A DNA stretch of 64,000 bases from the human T2T-CHM13v2.0 reference genome, Homo sapiens, in NCBI RefSeq assembly GCF_009914755.1, contig NC_060935.1. One strand, given 5' to 3'. The notes below the pieces were generated by a model, which made no database searches, was not told where the DNA came from, and saw nothing but the letters and a program-made list of their open reading frames with translations. The translations under genes and the position numbers were made by a program. How positions within the stretch are numbered: the stretch's first letter is position 1; every line of letters starts with the position of its first letter. This document shows, piece after piece, positions 1 to 12,020 of this stretch.

Positions 1-1065
1 TTAGGTAAATATTTCTGAATAAAACAAAAGCACAATGCATAAAATAAAATCAATAAATTAAACTTCAACATGAGGAATTTCTGTTTTTGGAAAAACATTG
101 AGAAATGCCACAGACTGGTAGAAAATAGTTGCATGTTTCATACCTAAAATAAGAGTTATTTATACACTGTAAAAAAAAAACTCTAAATCTTGAAATCTAA
201 TGAATAAATTGATAAAAAAGGGTAAATATTTGAACAATTAGCTCACCAAAGACAATATGCAGATGGAAAATGAACATATGAAAAATTGCTCAAGATCATT
301 AGGGAAATGCAACTTAAAGCCACAATGGATTCTACTACCTACTTGTTATGATAGCTAAAATAAAATAGACTGACCATACGAAGTGCTGCAAGAGCTCTCA
401 TACACTGCTGGTAGGAATGTAAAGTGGTACAACCACTTGGAAAGATTATGTCAGCTTCTTAAAAAGGTAAACGTAAGCATAAAGAAGTTGATCTAGTCAT
501 TGCAATCTTAAATATTTACCCAAAAGAAATGAAAGCATATATCCATAGAAGACTTGTGCACAAATGTTCATGGTATCTTTATTTTTTATAGCCCTAAGCT
601 GAGAGCAACCCAAACATCCATCAACAGGTAAATGGATAAACAAATTATGGTATATACACACAATGGAATGAATACTACTCAGCAATAAAAGGAAGTGAAT
701 TACTGATAATTGGAGCCCCAGGGCTGAATCTCAATTTAATTATGCCAAGTGAAATAAACTAGAGTAAAAGTATGTAATGTATTATTCTGTTTATAGAAAA
801 TTCTAGAAAAATGCAAACTAGAAAAATGCAAACTAACTTATCGTGATGGGAAACAGATCAGTAGTTGCCTAGGACAACGATGGGGTTAGAAGGGGCTGGG
901 GGAATGCAAGGGAACACAGGGATGCTTCTGAGGGTGATGCATATGTTTATTATCTTCACTATGGTAATGGTTTTATGACTACAGACATACAGGAAAACTT
1001 TTCAAAGCATACACTTTAAACATGTGCGATTATATGCCTATAATAACTCAGTAAAGTTGTTGAAA
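1..1065 (+). mobile_element. Ancient L1 (L1M-class) ORF2 3' end and 3' UTR fragment
   Basis: Degenerate L1 3' motifs (gaaatgcaacttaaagccacaatg; aatggataaacaaattatggtatatacacacaatggaa; cagatcagtagttgcctagg). Subfamily not resolvable by eye. Confidence 0.8.
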
Positions 1066-1074
1066 AATGTTAAT

Positions 1075-1450
1075 AGCTTCCCATTGCCCTTAAAATTAAG
1101 AACAAATGATTTTCACAGGATACTATGTTCTACAGGGTCTCCCCCTCGCCTACCTCTCCAGTCTCATCTTTTGCCCCTCCCTGACCATCTCTCTGTTGCC
1201 ATCAGGATTGGCCATTTCTTCAAGGTTTTCTTGTCCTTCCGACCTCAGGATCTTTGCAAATGCAAGTCCCCCTGCTTTCCCACACTGAAGGATAAGCTCA
1301 AATCAATCACCCTTCAGTTCTCAGCTCAAATATTACCCCCTAAGAAGAGACTTAACTACTTCCGTAAATAGCTCAGGTTTCTGTGTTATTTCCTGGCACT
1401 CTCTACTATTTCCTTTTTAACATTTATCACACATTTCACTTATATTTTCA
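1075..1450 (+). mobile_element. L2 LINE 3' fragment
   Basis: ccattgcccttaaaattaa...cctacctctccagtctcatct...cctcaggatctttgca resembles the L2 3' consensus. Boundaries approximate. Confidence 0.6.
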
Positions 1451-1534
1451 GTAAAATTTAATGTATATCACATGCCACTACAGTACATTTACATATATTA
1501 TGTAATCAATACTTTTAAAGAACTAGATATTATG

Positions 1535-1650
1535 ACAGTTTTACATTTAGGAAGGAGATTAAGAAACTTTGCTTAAGATCACACATAGAGTAGTCAGTGT
1601 CAGTAATTTGAACACAGCCCTATCCTGCTTTAAAACATAGGGTCTTAATT
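1535..1650 (-). mobile_element. MIR fragment
   Basis: ttttaca...tttgcttaagatcacacatag...atttgaacacag is the reverse complement of a degenerate MIR core. Confidence 0.5.
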
Positions 1651-1704
1651 AATGATTAATTAAATGATTCTATGATATAATGTCCACCCTGATATGATAC
1701 CAAA

Positions 1705-2015
1705 AAGAAATCTGATCTGCTGAAAGCGGATGTATGCCAAGGAATGCAAGTGGCTTCCAGAAGCTGAAAGCAGTATCCAGCTGACAGACAGCAAGGGAAC
1801 AGGGACACATACAAGACAAATTCTGCCAACAGGCATGAACTTGGAAGCAGCTTCCTCTCCTGAGCGTCCAGAGAGGAGCCCTGCCTGGCCAACACCTTTT
1901 GAGACTGTAAGCAGAAAATCCAATTAAGCCCACCCCCCCAGACTTCTAACCAAAAGAATAAATGTATGTTTAGTTCATTAATAGCTATTTGTTATGCAGC
2001 AGTGGAAAACTATTA
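1705..2015 (+). mobile_element. MaLR MLT1-type LTR, 3' part
   Basis: gccaaggaatgcaagtggcttccagaagctg...gccaacacctt...aataaatgt...ttgttatgcagcagtggaaaacta is a typical MLT1 3' half. Confidence 0.75.
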
Positions 2016-2088
2016 CTTTTCTATTTTCTAAAGTGCTTACATATGATATATAGGGACCATTTACAAATTATATTTCTTATTAATAAGT

Positions 2089-2448
2089 TGATACAGTATG
2101 GCTCTGTATCCCCACCTAAATCTCATCTACATTGTAATCCCTACATGTTGAAGAAGGGACCCAGTGGGAGGTCATTGTATCATGGGGGTGGTTTCCCCCA
2201 TGCTGGTCTCATGATTTGTAGTGAGTTCTCATGAGGACTGATGGTTTTATATGGGGCTCTTCCCACCTTGGCGCTCTCTCTCCTGCCGCCATGTGAAGAA
2301 GGACATGTTTGCTTCCCTTTTCTCCATGATTAGAAGTTTCTTGAGGCCTCCCCATTCAAGAAGACTGTGAGTCAATTAAACCTCTTTACTTCATAAATTA
2401 CCCAGTCTCAGGTACGTCTTTATACCAGTGTGAAAATTGTCTCATACA
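2089..2448 (+). mobile_element. THE1/MST-class MaLR solo LTR with perfect 5-bp TSD (TAAGT)
   Basis: Starts tgatacagtatggctctgtatcccc, ends ...ctcataca. Flanked by taagt at 2084-2088 and 2449-2453. Contains the gagtcaattaaacctct poly(A) region; 360 bp. Confidence 0.92.
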
Positions 2449-2594
2449 TAAGTCATGGGCTCAATCAAGTCATTTTAACTTTTGGGGGGTTTTGTTGCTT
2501 GATCTGTAAAATGAAGTTTTACTGGATAAGTTCTACTCTCTCAACTTCCCTAAGTCTAAGAATTCATTTCTAGCTTTTTGCAACTATTGTGACA

Positions 2595-2780
2595 CACCCT
2601 GATCAGGTATCCTCCATTCTCCTCTCCAGATTCATTCTCCACCCTTCAGTACTCTGCACTATACCCCAAGAGACTGACCCCTAAGAACTACATCAGTGGG
2701 CTCCCTTGTCCCTGAGAATGGGGCAGCAGAAGTGATAAAGAAGAGCGAGGTCTCGGTATTTATTTCCTGGCTTCCTACAA
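2595..2780. mobile_element. ERVL LTR33-like fragment
   Basis: ctccaccct...ctgacccct...gggctcccttgtccct...gaggtctcggtatttatttcc resembles LTR33. Confidence 0.5.
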
Positions 2781-2851
2781 GTACACAATACATTAAGGGG
2801 AAAAATGATTCCTAACTTCACTTGTGAATTTTTGGAAGCAGAGGAAGGACA

Positions 2852-3210
2852 CGTAATGGACTGAACTGTGTCCTCCCAAAATGCATATGTTGAAGCCCTA
2901 ACCCTCAATTTAAATGTATTTGAGGGAGGGCTTCTAAGAAGTAATTAAAGTTAAATGTGTTCATAAGTATAGGCTCCCAATCCAATAGAACTGGTGATGT
3001 TTTAGAAGAGGAAGAGAAACCTCTCTCTCTCTGCCACACATGTGCACTGAGGAAAGGCCACGTGAGCACACGGTGAGAAGGCAGCAATCTGCAAGCCAGG
3101 AAGACAGACAGCCCTTACCCAAACCCAACCATTCTTGCACCTGATTTTGGACTGTCCAGTCTTCAGAATTGTGAGGAAATAAATTTCTGTTGTTAAACAA
3201 CGTAATCTAG
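2852..3210 (+). mobile_element. MaLR LTR (MSTD/MLT1A-B-like)
   Basis: atggactgaactgtgtcctcccaaaatgcatatgttgaagccctaaccc...aattgtgaggaaataaatttctgttgtt. Confidence 0.8.
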
Positions 3211-3343
3211 AAATCAAAGATCACTAAATAATATCGCAATGGGTAAACAGACGGTACTTCCAGGCAAGCAGTCTATTTGTAAAGGTTTAAACTAAGTTGT
3301 GTAGTATCTGACAAGTAAGCCAAACATAGATATGGAGAGTCCA

Positions 3344-3718
<375 letters not shown>

Positions 3719-4297
3719 TCAATAATAAATTCCTACAAGATAGGGGTAATCACAGTGATGTCCTACATGAACTGGGCTACTGGACAGACTAACAAAGCAG
3801 AGACTGAGTAACTAGGTGCAAGGTGAGAAGCAAGACATCTCCAGGGCTAGATAGAAACTTATGGAGAAGTCTAGAGACCAGGACATAAGTGTGACTTGAT
3901 CTTGAATGCAAGAATGCTGATTTAAATTTCCAAAATCTCTCCCAGCCCCTGAAAACCTTCACCTCACTGCTCCCTTCACTCCCTTTCTTCAAGTCAAAGA
4001 CTGTCTGAGCAGAATTAATCCCCATATATGAAAATTCTATAATGTAGAAGCCACATGGTAATAGCAGAGGAATGAAGACAAAGGGGCTGTATTGTAAGGA
4101 AGTATTAATTCAATATTAAATTATCTAAGTAATTACGTGTGCAATAACCAGACATTGTAATGTAAATCACATTATCTAATCTGTATTTTTGTGAAGTTAA
4201 AAAAAATGAGCTCAGCTGGTAAGCATTTGCAATTTGAATCAGTAGACAGAATTTTGGAGAAATGACACTGCCACTTAACAGACAAAAAACATTGTGG

Positions 4298-6543
4298 AAT
4301 TTTTTTTCCATTTGTGTGTGTCTTCTATTACCTCTTTCAGCAGTGTTTTATAGTTCTCCTTATAGAGATCTGTCACCTCCTTAGTTACATATAGTCCTAG
4401 GTATTTTAATTTTTTTGCATCTATTGTAAATGGGATTATGTTCTTCATTTCACTCTTGCTTGTTGTGTATAGAAATGCTGTTGAGTTTTGTACATCGATT
4501 TTGTATCCTGTAACTTTATTGTAGTTGTTTATCAGTTCCAGGAGTCATTTGGCAGTCTTTAGGGTTTTCTAGGTATAGAATCAGATTGTCAGCAAAGCTG
4601 GAAAAATCAGTATTAAAATGGCCATACTTCCCAAAACAATCTACAATTCAACGCTATTCCTATCAAGCTGCCAACGGTTTTTTTTTTTCGTGTAACTAGA
4701 AAAACTTATTCTAAAATTCATATGGAACCATAAAATAGACCAAATAACCAAAGCATTTCTAAGCAGAAAGTAGAAAGCGGGAGGCATCATATTACAGGGC
4801 TTCAAACTATAGTATAAGGTTACAGTAAACTAAAACAGCATGGTACTAGTACAAAGACAGACACATAGACCAATGGGACTGAATAGAGAAACCAGAAAGA
4901 AAGCTCCACACCTACAGTCATCTTACCAAAGTTGACAAAAATAAGTAATGAGGAAAGGACTTCTTGGTCAATAAATGGTGTTGGGATCGCTGACAAGTCA
5001 TATGCAAAAGAATGAAACTGGACCCCTACCTCTCACCATATACAATAATTAACTAAAAATGGATTAAAAATGTAAATGTAAGACCTCAAAGTATAAGAAT
5101 CCTAGAAGAAAAACTAGGAAACATCATTCTGGACATTGGCCTTGGGACATTTGTGACTAAGTCCTCAAAAACAATTGTAACCACAGCAAAAAACATTGGC
5201 AAGTGTGACCTAATTAAACTAAAGAGCTTCTGCAGAGCAAAAGAAAACTATCAATATAGTAAATACCCTGCAGAATGGGAGAAAATATTCTCAAACTACG
5301 CACACAACAAAGGTCTAATATCCAGAATCTATGAGGAACATAAACAATTGAACAACTGAAAAACAGCTCCATTAAAAGAGCAAAAGACATGAACAGACAC
5401 TTCTTACAGGAAGACATACAAGAGGCCAGCCAGGTGCAGTGGCTCACTCCTGTAATCCTAGCACTTTGGGAGGCCACGGTGGGCAAATCACTTGAAGCCA
5501 GGAGTTCAAGACCAGACTGACCAACATGGTGAAACCATATCTCTACAAAACATACAAAAATTAGCCGGGTGTAGCGGGCCACAGGGGGCGAGGAGAGACC
5601 TGAGGCAGGAGGATCCCTTGCATCCCCCAGAGGTTGAGGCTGCAGCGAGCTGTGATTGCACCACTGTACTCCAGTCTGGGTGACAGAGTGAGACTCTGTC
5701 TTAAAACAACAACAAGAACAAAACAGACAAGAGGCCAACAAACATACGAAAAAATGATCCACATTACTAATTGTCAGAGAAATGCAAATCAAAGCCATAA
5801 TGAGACACCATCTCACACCAGTCAAAATGGCTATCATTAACAAGACAAAAACAACAGATGCTGGTGAAGCTGTGGAGAAGAGGGAATGTTTACATACTGT
5901 TGGTGGGAATGTAAACTAGTTCAGCCACTATGGAAAGCAATTTGGAGATTCCTCAGAGAACTTAAACTGCTATTCAACCCAACAATCCCATTACTGGTTA
6001 TACATCCAAAAGAAAATAAATAGTTCTACCAAAATGAAATACTCATATGTTCATTGTAGCACTAGTCACAATAATGAAGACATCGACTCAACCTATGTGC
6101 CCATCAATGGTGAATTATATAAAGAAAATGTGGTACATACACACTGTGGAATACTAGCCAGCCATAAAAATGAACGAGATCTTGTCCTTTGTAACAACAT
6201 GGATGCAACTGGAGGCCATTATCCAAAGTGAATTAACACGGCAACAGAAAACCAGTGCCACATGTTCTCACTCTTAAGTGGGAGGTAAACAATGGAACTC
6301 ATGGACATTAAAATGGCAACAATAAAAACTGAAGACTACTAGAGGAGAGAGGGAGAAAGTGGGGCAAGAGTTGAAAAACTAACTATTGGGTACTGTGCTC
6401 TACCCTGGGTGACAGGATCAATCAATCCGAAACCTCATCATCATGCAATATACCCACCCAGGTAACAAACCTGCCCATGTATCCCCTGGATCTAAAATAA
6501 AAGTTAAAATTATAAAATAAATAAGTTGAATTAAAAAAAAAAA
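4298..6543 (+). mobile_element. 5'-truncated, 5'-inverted L1 (old L1PA, ~L1PA15/16-like); 4298-4597 inverted, remainder sense
   Basis: Antisense ORF2 piece, then sense ORF2 3' end, 3' UTR and poly(A). TSD aaaaaacattgtgg (4284-4297) / aaaaaaccttgtgg (6544-6557). Confidence 0.9.
5429..5722 (+). mobile_element. Alu (J-type) nested in the L1
   Basis: Dimeric Alu; TSD acatacaagaggcca (5414-5428) / acagacaagaggcca (5723-5737). Confidence 0.92.
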
Positions 6544-8390
6544 AAAAAACCTTGTGGTACTCAAAATTCTGCATGCCCAAGTGGATCAGGGGCCGAAAGT
6601 ACAGGGCATTCATAAACTGTCTTTAATAGTTTATGTTAAATGTTGCCTCCTGTCAGTAAGAAAGCACTCCTCTTAAATCAAAAACTATAATACTGCCAGT
6701 GTCTGTGACACATTTATTTCTTTAAAGGAAGTAAACTTTTAAGCCAAACTTCTTACCTGCTAGATGAGAATTCACCCAAGTCAGTAAAATCCACATAATT
6801 TCAAGATATTAACAATCAGCACAAATTAATGTCAACCATCTGTAATTCTTACAAGAGGATGCTTGTTTGTTTACAAAGAGTATAATTTTTGCTTTCTAAT
6901 ACATTGTTTTGTAGCATAGATATCTTTGGGGTTGAAATGGAATAAATAACATTTCATTTTCATAGAAAATGAACACTATATAATGAATAGAACTTTTCAT
7001 TGACAATCTTGAATGCATTACATTACTCTTAAGGGCATTGTGTTTTTCAAATGTTTTAAGCTAGCATCTCTCCTAGACTTAAATGACAAAATGAAGTTCA
7101 CCATTTCTAGTTTGACTTTTTTTCTAAATTTGTCTTCCTTCTTACACATCATAAATCAAGTTTGATCCATATTGGAAACCATATGTTTTCAAACTGATAT
7201 CTTTATTAATGAAAATGTGTAAGTATAAATTCCTGGGCAGTTTTTTTCAGCAGCCTAGAATCTAATATCAATTGTTACGAAGTTCAATGCTCTAAATAAC
7301 CATGAGCTCCAGTTAATTGACAAGATTGAATACACATTTTAAAATAACATAAAGAATGTTGACTAAACATTTAGTCATTATTTCTAAATCTTAAATAGTT
7401 TAATATTATCATACTGCCATGGAATAAATTGTCCTTAGAATCAGGAGGATCCAATTTTAGGATTTTAGGATTTTAAAGTTCACAGGGGCTACTGGTTCTT
7501 ACCCAAAGCTAGTGGCATATTCACTAAAACCACAACAGCCGTGTCTATTATGTTTCAGGTTGCCGGAGTAGGTCGATGCACTGGTGAAATAATAGGTTAT
7601 ATTTCTGGAGCATAGAAGGGAGAAAAGGACAAAAGTACTAATTAAATTTGAAATCTGTATAATCCTGGAATAAATACACAGGAGAATACGTTAATTCCAA
7701 ATGTCAGCCTCATTTTCACTGAACTTCTAAAAATTTTTAACAACGCTTTAATTTTTCACCTTCATATGAAAGTGAAGGTCCAGTTTTAACAAAGGTCTTG
7801 AAAGAGCCCAAATGCAAACTTAGATATCATATTCTTATGTTTAGAAAGTGCAGTGCAAGCAGCCCAGGTATCAGGTTGCATTTTCATACTCTTGCTACTC
7901 TGGTGGCAACACAGAATAACTGCCATAAATCATCTCTTGGCTGTATACAATTAATTTTGTGTTCTGTACTTATACTCCTCTATGTTTTTATGCTTTTTTT
8001 TTTTATATATGACTTTTGAGGTCACTCTTGGTTTTAGGTGAAATACTCAAGCTTAATATTAAAATATCACTGGGTGATATTGTAGTAACAAGTTCTAATA
8101 ACCAAACTCAGGGTCACCCCTTCTGCAAGTTTTAAAATTAACTGTCAAAAAATGTCAAAAGAAAAATATCTTGTTACTCCTTAACCTTTTTGAATATAAG
8201 AAGATTTAAGTAAGCTTATTATACTTCTTGAAGGGTAAAATATTTCTACTATCACTGCATATTTTCACAGTGATCCTTTATCTTACTTATTATCACCCTA
8301 GAAATGGTTTTAGACTTCATCATTGGTTCTTACTATTTAGCTGATTGCAGTAAAACAGAAAAAAAAAAACTGTTTTTAAATAATTTTCAG

Positions 8391-8518
8391 AATAGCTGTT
8401 CTTCCAGACGGGAGTCTACGGATCCTAAATGCTTCCAAATCAGACGAGGGAAAGTACGTTTGCCGAGGGGAAAACGTCTTTGGTTCTGCTGAAATTATAG
8501 CTTCGCTATCTGTAAAAG
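8391..8518 (+). CDS. CNTN5: Contactin-5 internal coding exon, C-terminal half of Ig5 (128 nt, phase 2 to 1)
   Basis: ttttcag| ... aaag|gtaaga. Translates (R)[42 protein letters not shown](E) with the Ig D-x-G-x-Y-x-C motif. In frame with the next exon. Confidence 0.96.
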
Positions 8519-10752
8519 GTAAGACAGCACGGGTAAATGTTTTACAAGCATAGTCTCATGGTCTTATCGGAAAGAGAATAAATATAATATAAATGCATAT
8601 ATGTTTGGACTTAAGTGTGTGCATGCTTGTGTTTATAAAATACATTGCAAACATAGAACTAAAACAGCCACATTGTTACTTTCCACCATTTAGGGTACCA
8701 AAAATGAAGGAACCTCTTATTGGCAGAAATTTTATTTTGCTTTGAATAAAATTTGTGAGAGAATGAGGCAAGCTTTCTGAAGTTTTAGTCAGTGTCTCAA
8801 AACTTGAAAGTATGCCAACGGTATAAAAATATTTTTCCTCTACCAAGAATAATTTTAGCATCAATCACTAATATTACTCTGTTATCACTTCAACTAGGGA
8901 TTTGGGGCAGAAAGGAGCAGCAGCAGGAGGATATGATGGAGGGGTGGTATAGGACTTCGCATTAGATAAACTGGCTCCAGAGCTGTTTGTTGATGTCTGT
9001 ATCAATGAAATTTTTATATGCCTTTATTTTATATAAGCAATATTAATATTACTGCTTATATGTTTCCATTCATTTTATCGTTCTAAAATGAGCTCGATTT
9101 CAAGCCTAGAACATTCTGTTGAGGCTCTATGTCATTGTTTAGTGACAGAAAACCTATCTTAGGCAGTCCCTTCAGATGTTTTTCACATTGTGTCTTTAAT
9201 TGTTTTCATTGTGCATGTATCATATGGCAAACCATACTCCGGCCATAAAAATATAAAAATATTATTTTTTCTGTCTTTAAAATAAAAATGTAATTAATAC
9301 ATTTACATTACTGGTACTAAAATACCAGTACTCTGATATTTTAGAAGAGAGAACATCAAGAAAGAAAAGAACAAAATGTAAAATATACTTTCATTTATAT
9401 AATGCATTACTGGACTCAAACGCAGCCTTTCAGTTCTTATTCCTTCTGTGTGCTAGTTGTTCCATTTTGTAATAAGGCAATGCTAGATCCAAAGACATTT
9501 TTAAAATAACAACAAAAATGTTATTTTCTTAATCATGAGTTTAATTGTTTACTCAGAACACTCCAATCCCCACAAAATTTAAACTACAGTGTACTGCTTT
9601 TATCTGTCTTCTCTGATGAGGCCAGAACTTAGAATGCCATATGGAACATTTGACTTCCAGAATGTTAATATTTACAGTGACATTCCTGTCCCAGGATTCC
9701 ATTTTTTTCTCAGTGACTGCATAGAAGGACATGGAACATTAAAGGATCTGATCAGTGGTTAGGAGTGGTGTTTCATCAGACTGCACTGTTGCAAACAATA
9801 GACCTAGAATAGGAAATTTAAGCCAATTGTTAATCACTGTGTTAATTGTCTTGAGGTATCTATGACCAGGAATCTAACTAGGAAAGAAGATAAAACCAAA
9901 ATCTTCATCACCTCTCTACTATATTTAAAACACATCATCTTGTAATCAGCTAATCACTAACTTAACTCTTAAATGTAAAGCCTGTTTTAGCCTTTATTGG
10001 TTCAAAGTTGCTCTAAACCCAGTAAAAAAGTGTGTTTTTAAAATTTAACTGAATCATTAAGGAGTTAAACATAAACATTGTTTTCTAAAAACATTTCCAT
10101 TCAGTGTTTCTACCTTTCTTTATATATGCCAATTAAGCCATCTACAATACAGCAAAGGTACAAAAACAGGTACGTTCTTCTGATTAAAAAATACTTTTCT
10201 ACTCCTAAAAGCTTTTTGTCGAGTGTAAAGCAAATACAAGGTAGTGTTGTTGTAGTATTATATTTTTATCTCTGTTAAGATAGTTATTTGGAGGGAGGTG
10301 CTTTCTATTGCCCTGTAGCCTCCTCTCATCTTTAAGCAAGTGAACCCTCTCTGAATTCTTCCTGAAACACATAACCTTTTTATTGTAAAAAATCTTTTAT
10401 TTACTTAATGATCCTTGAAAGTGGTCAGAGAGGCTACAGCCTCTTCTTTTTTTCTAATGTTCCTCCTTCCATAATGTCAAATGCTGCTTCTAATTAGGTA
10501 GTCTCTTGTCTTTTTAAAATCCAAGTCACATTCTTAATAGGAACAGAGGCTCTTAAATCATTTCTCCCCTACAAAAACATGGTAATATGCCCTAGCATCC
10601 AAAAGCTAATAAAGATGTAAAAAAGCTGGTATATGTATCTGGAGCAACTGTATTGTATAGATTTCTTCTTTTCTCAATTATTTCAAGCAAAATATTATGT
10701 ATGGTAACACAACAGGTTGATTATCTTAATTAACGTATTTTTATTTCTATAG

Positions 10753-10928
10753 AACCTACAAGGATAGAACTTACTCCTAAAAGAACAGAATTGACAGTGG
10801 GAGAAAGCATTGTCCTTAATTGCAAAGCAATTCACGATGCTAGTTTGGATGTCACTTTCTACTGGACTCTGAAAGGACAGCCTATTGATTTCGAGGAAGA
10901 GGGTGGACATTTTGAAAGCATCAGGGCC
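10753..10928 (+). CDS. CNTN5: Contactin-5 internal coding exon, N-terminal half of Ig6 (176 nt, phase 1 to 0)
   Basis: tttctatag| ... gcc|gtaagt. Translates [59 protein letters not shown], with the Ig B-strand Cys and C-strand Trp. Confidence 0.97.
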
Positions 10929-11889
10929 GTAAGTGAATACACTTTTATTATTTTAGTAATGATAACTTTAGAAATTTTGAATCAAATGTAAGACCTTGCT
11001 TAGCTATGAAGTGCTAAGAAAAAAAAAAACAGAACATCGACTTGATAAAAACAATTACTTTCTGCCATTATTTTATGTTATGTCAAACTGAAAGTAATAT
11101 GTAATTATTTTAAAAGCCCCAGTAAAAAACTGAGAATACCTCATTATTTAAATCTGGTTTCTTTGCCACCTTTGTTTAATATTTACACAATACTTCTCAA
11201 AAGTTATGTTGCTACATAAAGTGGCAATTCATTATTTAAAGCATCGTTAACAGTAATTATGATAAAATAAATAAATAAAATGCCTGCCTGTCCTTCTCCT
11301 CAAGAACAGTAATTTTTGGAGTTTCTTTAATTTTTTACAAGCTATAGAGCTTAAACATACAACTCGTAGTCATAAATGCACATTAGCCTTAAGTCAGTAT
11401 TCAAAGATATACTCATTTCTGCCATTTTTTTCTTAATATCTTCTTTTATATTGTGTACCTACATGGCAATCAACCAAATGGAGTGGGAAATCTCTTGAAC
11501 CAAATCCTACAGAACCATCACAGTGCTTTAACTCTAGAGAAGTGAAAAGAGGCCCCTTCCCCACATGGACTTATTTAAAATGTAATAGAGTAACATAATG
11601 AGAGAGGGAGGAGAAAGACAGATGGAACTGGGGTGGCAGAAAAAGAGCGACTTTGGCTGGAATCTTCCTTCTATATTGGCTAAAGAGATGGAGCCAAATA
11701 CAATTTTTGCCTACAAATTGGATTTAAAATGCTGTTGCATACTTATTAGTATCAGTTGATCCATCCTGAAACACTTTGAGAAGCATTGGAAAACCATAGC
11801 TTTAGTGAGCCCAAGTATTTAAACTCAGTGTCAATTGGATTTTATTTTAAAGGTTATGGGATACAAGGAAAAAAAAAAAAAAGCCCTAA

Positions 11890-12020
11890 ATCCAAAGTCA
11901 GGAATTCTCTGGATCAAATCCCAGCTTAATCTCTAGTCAGCTGTGTAACATAAAGCCAGTCACATGATTTGCCTGGGCATTAATTTCTGGAGAAATCAAA
12001 GTGAAAAAGTTACACCAGAT
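11890..12020 (+). mobile_element. MIR fragment
   Basis: aagtcaggaattctctggatcaaatcccagctt...cagctgtgtaac resembles the MIR 5' core. Confidence 0.5.

Noticed and set aside
803-836. 15-bp tandem duplication (ctagaaaaatgcaaa x2); similar short ones near 7455 and 58596
   Set aside because: Ordinary slippage duplications with no sign of function.
5214-5843. Longest ORF in the track (209 aa, minus strand)
   Set aside because: It is an antisense read through L1 and Alu sequence, with typical Alu-derived peptide and no independent gene evidence.
8304-8492. 62-aa ORF overlapping the first exon
   Set aside because: Wrong frame; the Ig-motif frame defined by the splice sites is the real one.
9309-9330. 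8-bp hairpin tactggta/taccagta
   Set aside because: Too short to exceed chance in 64 kb of AT-rich DNA.
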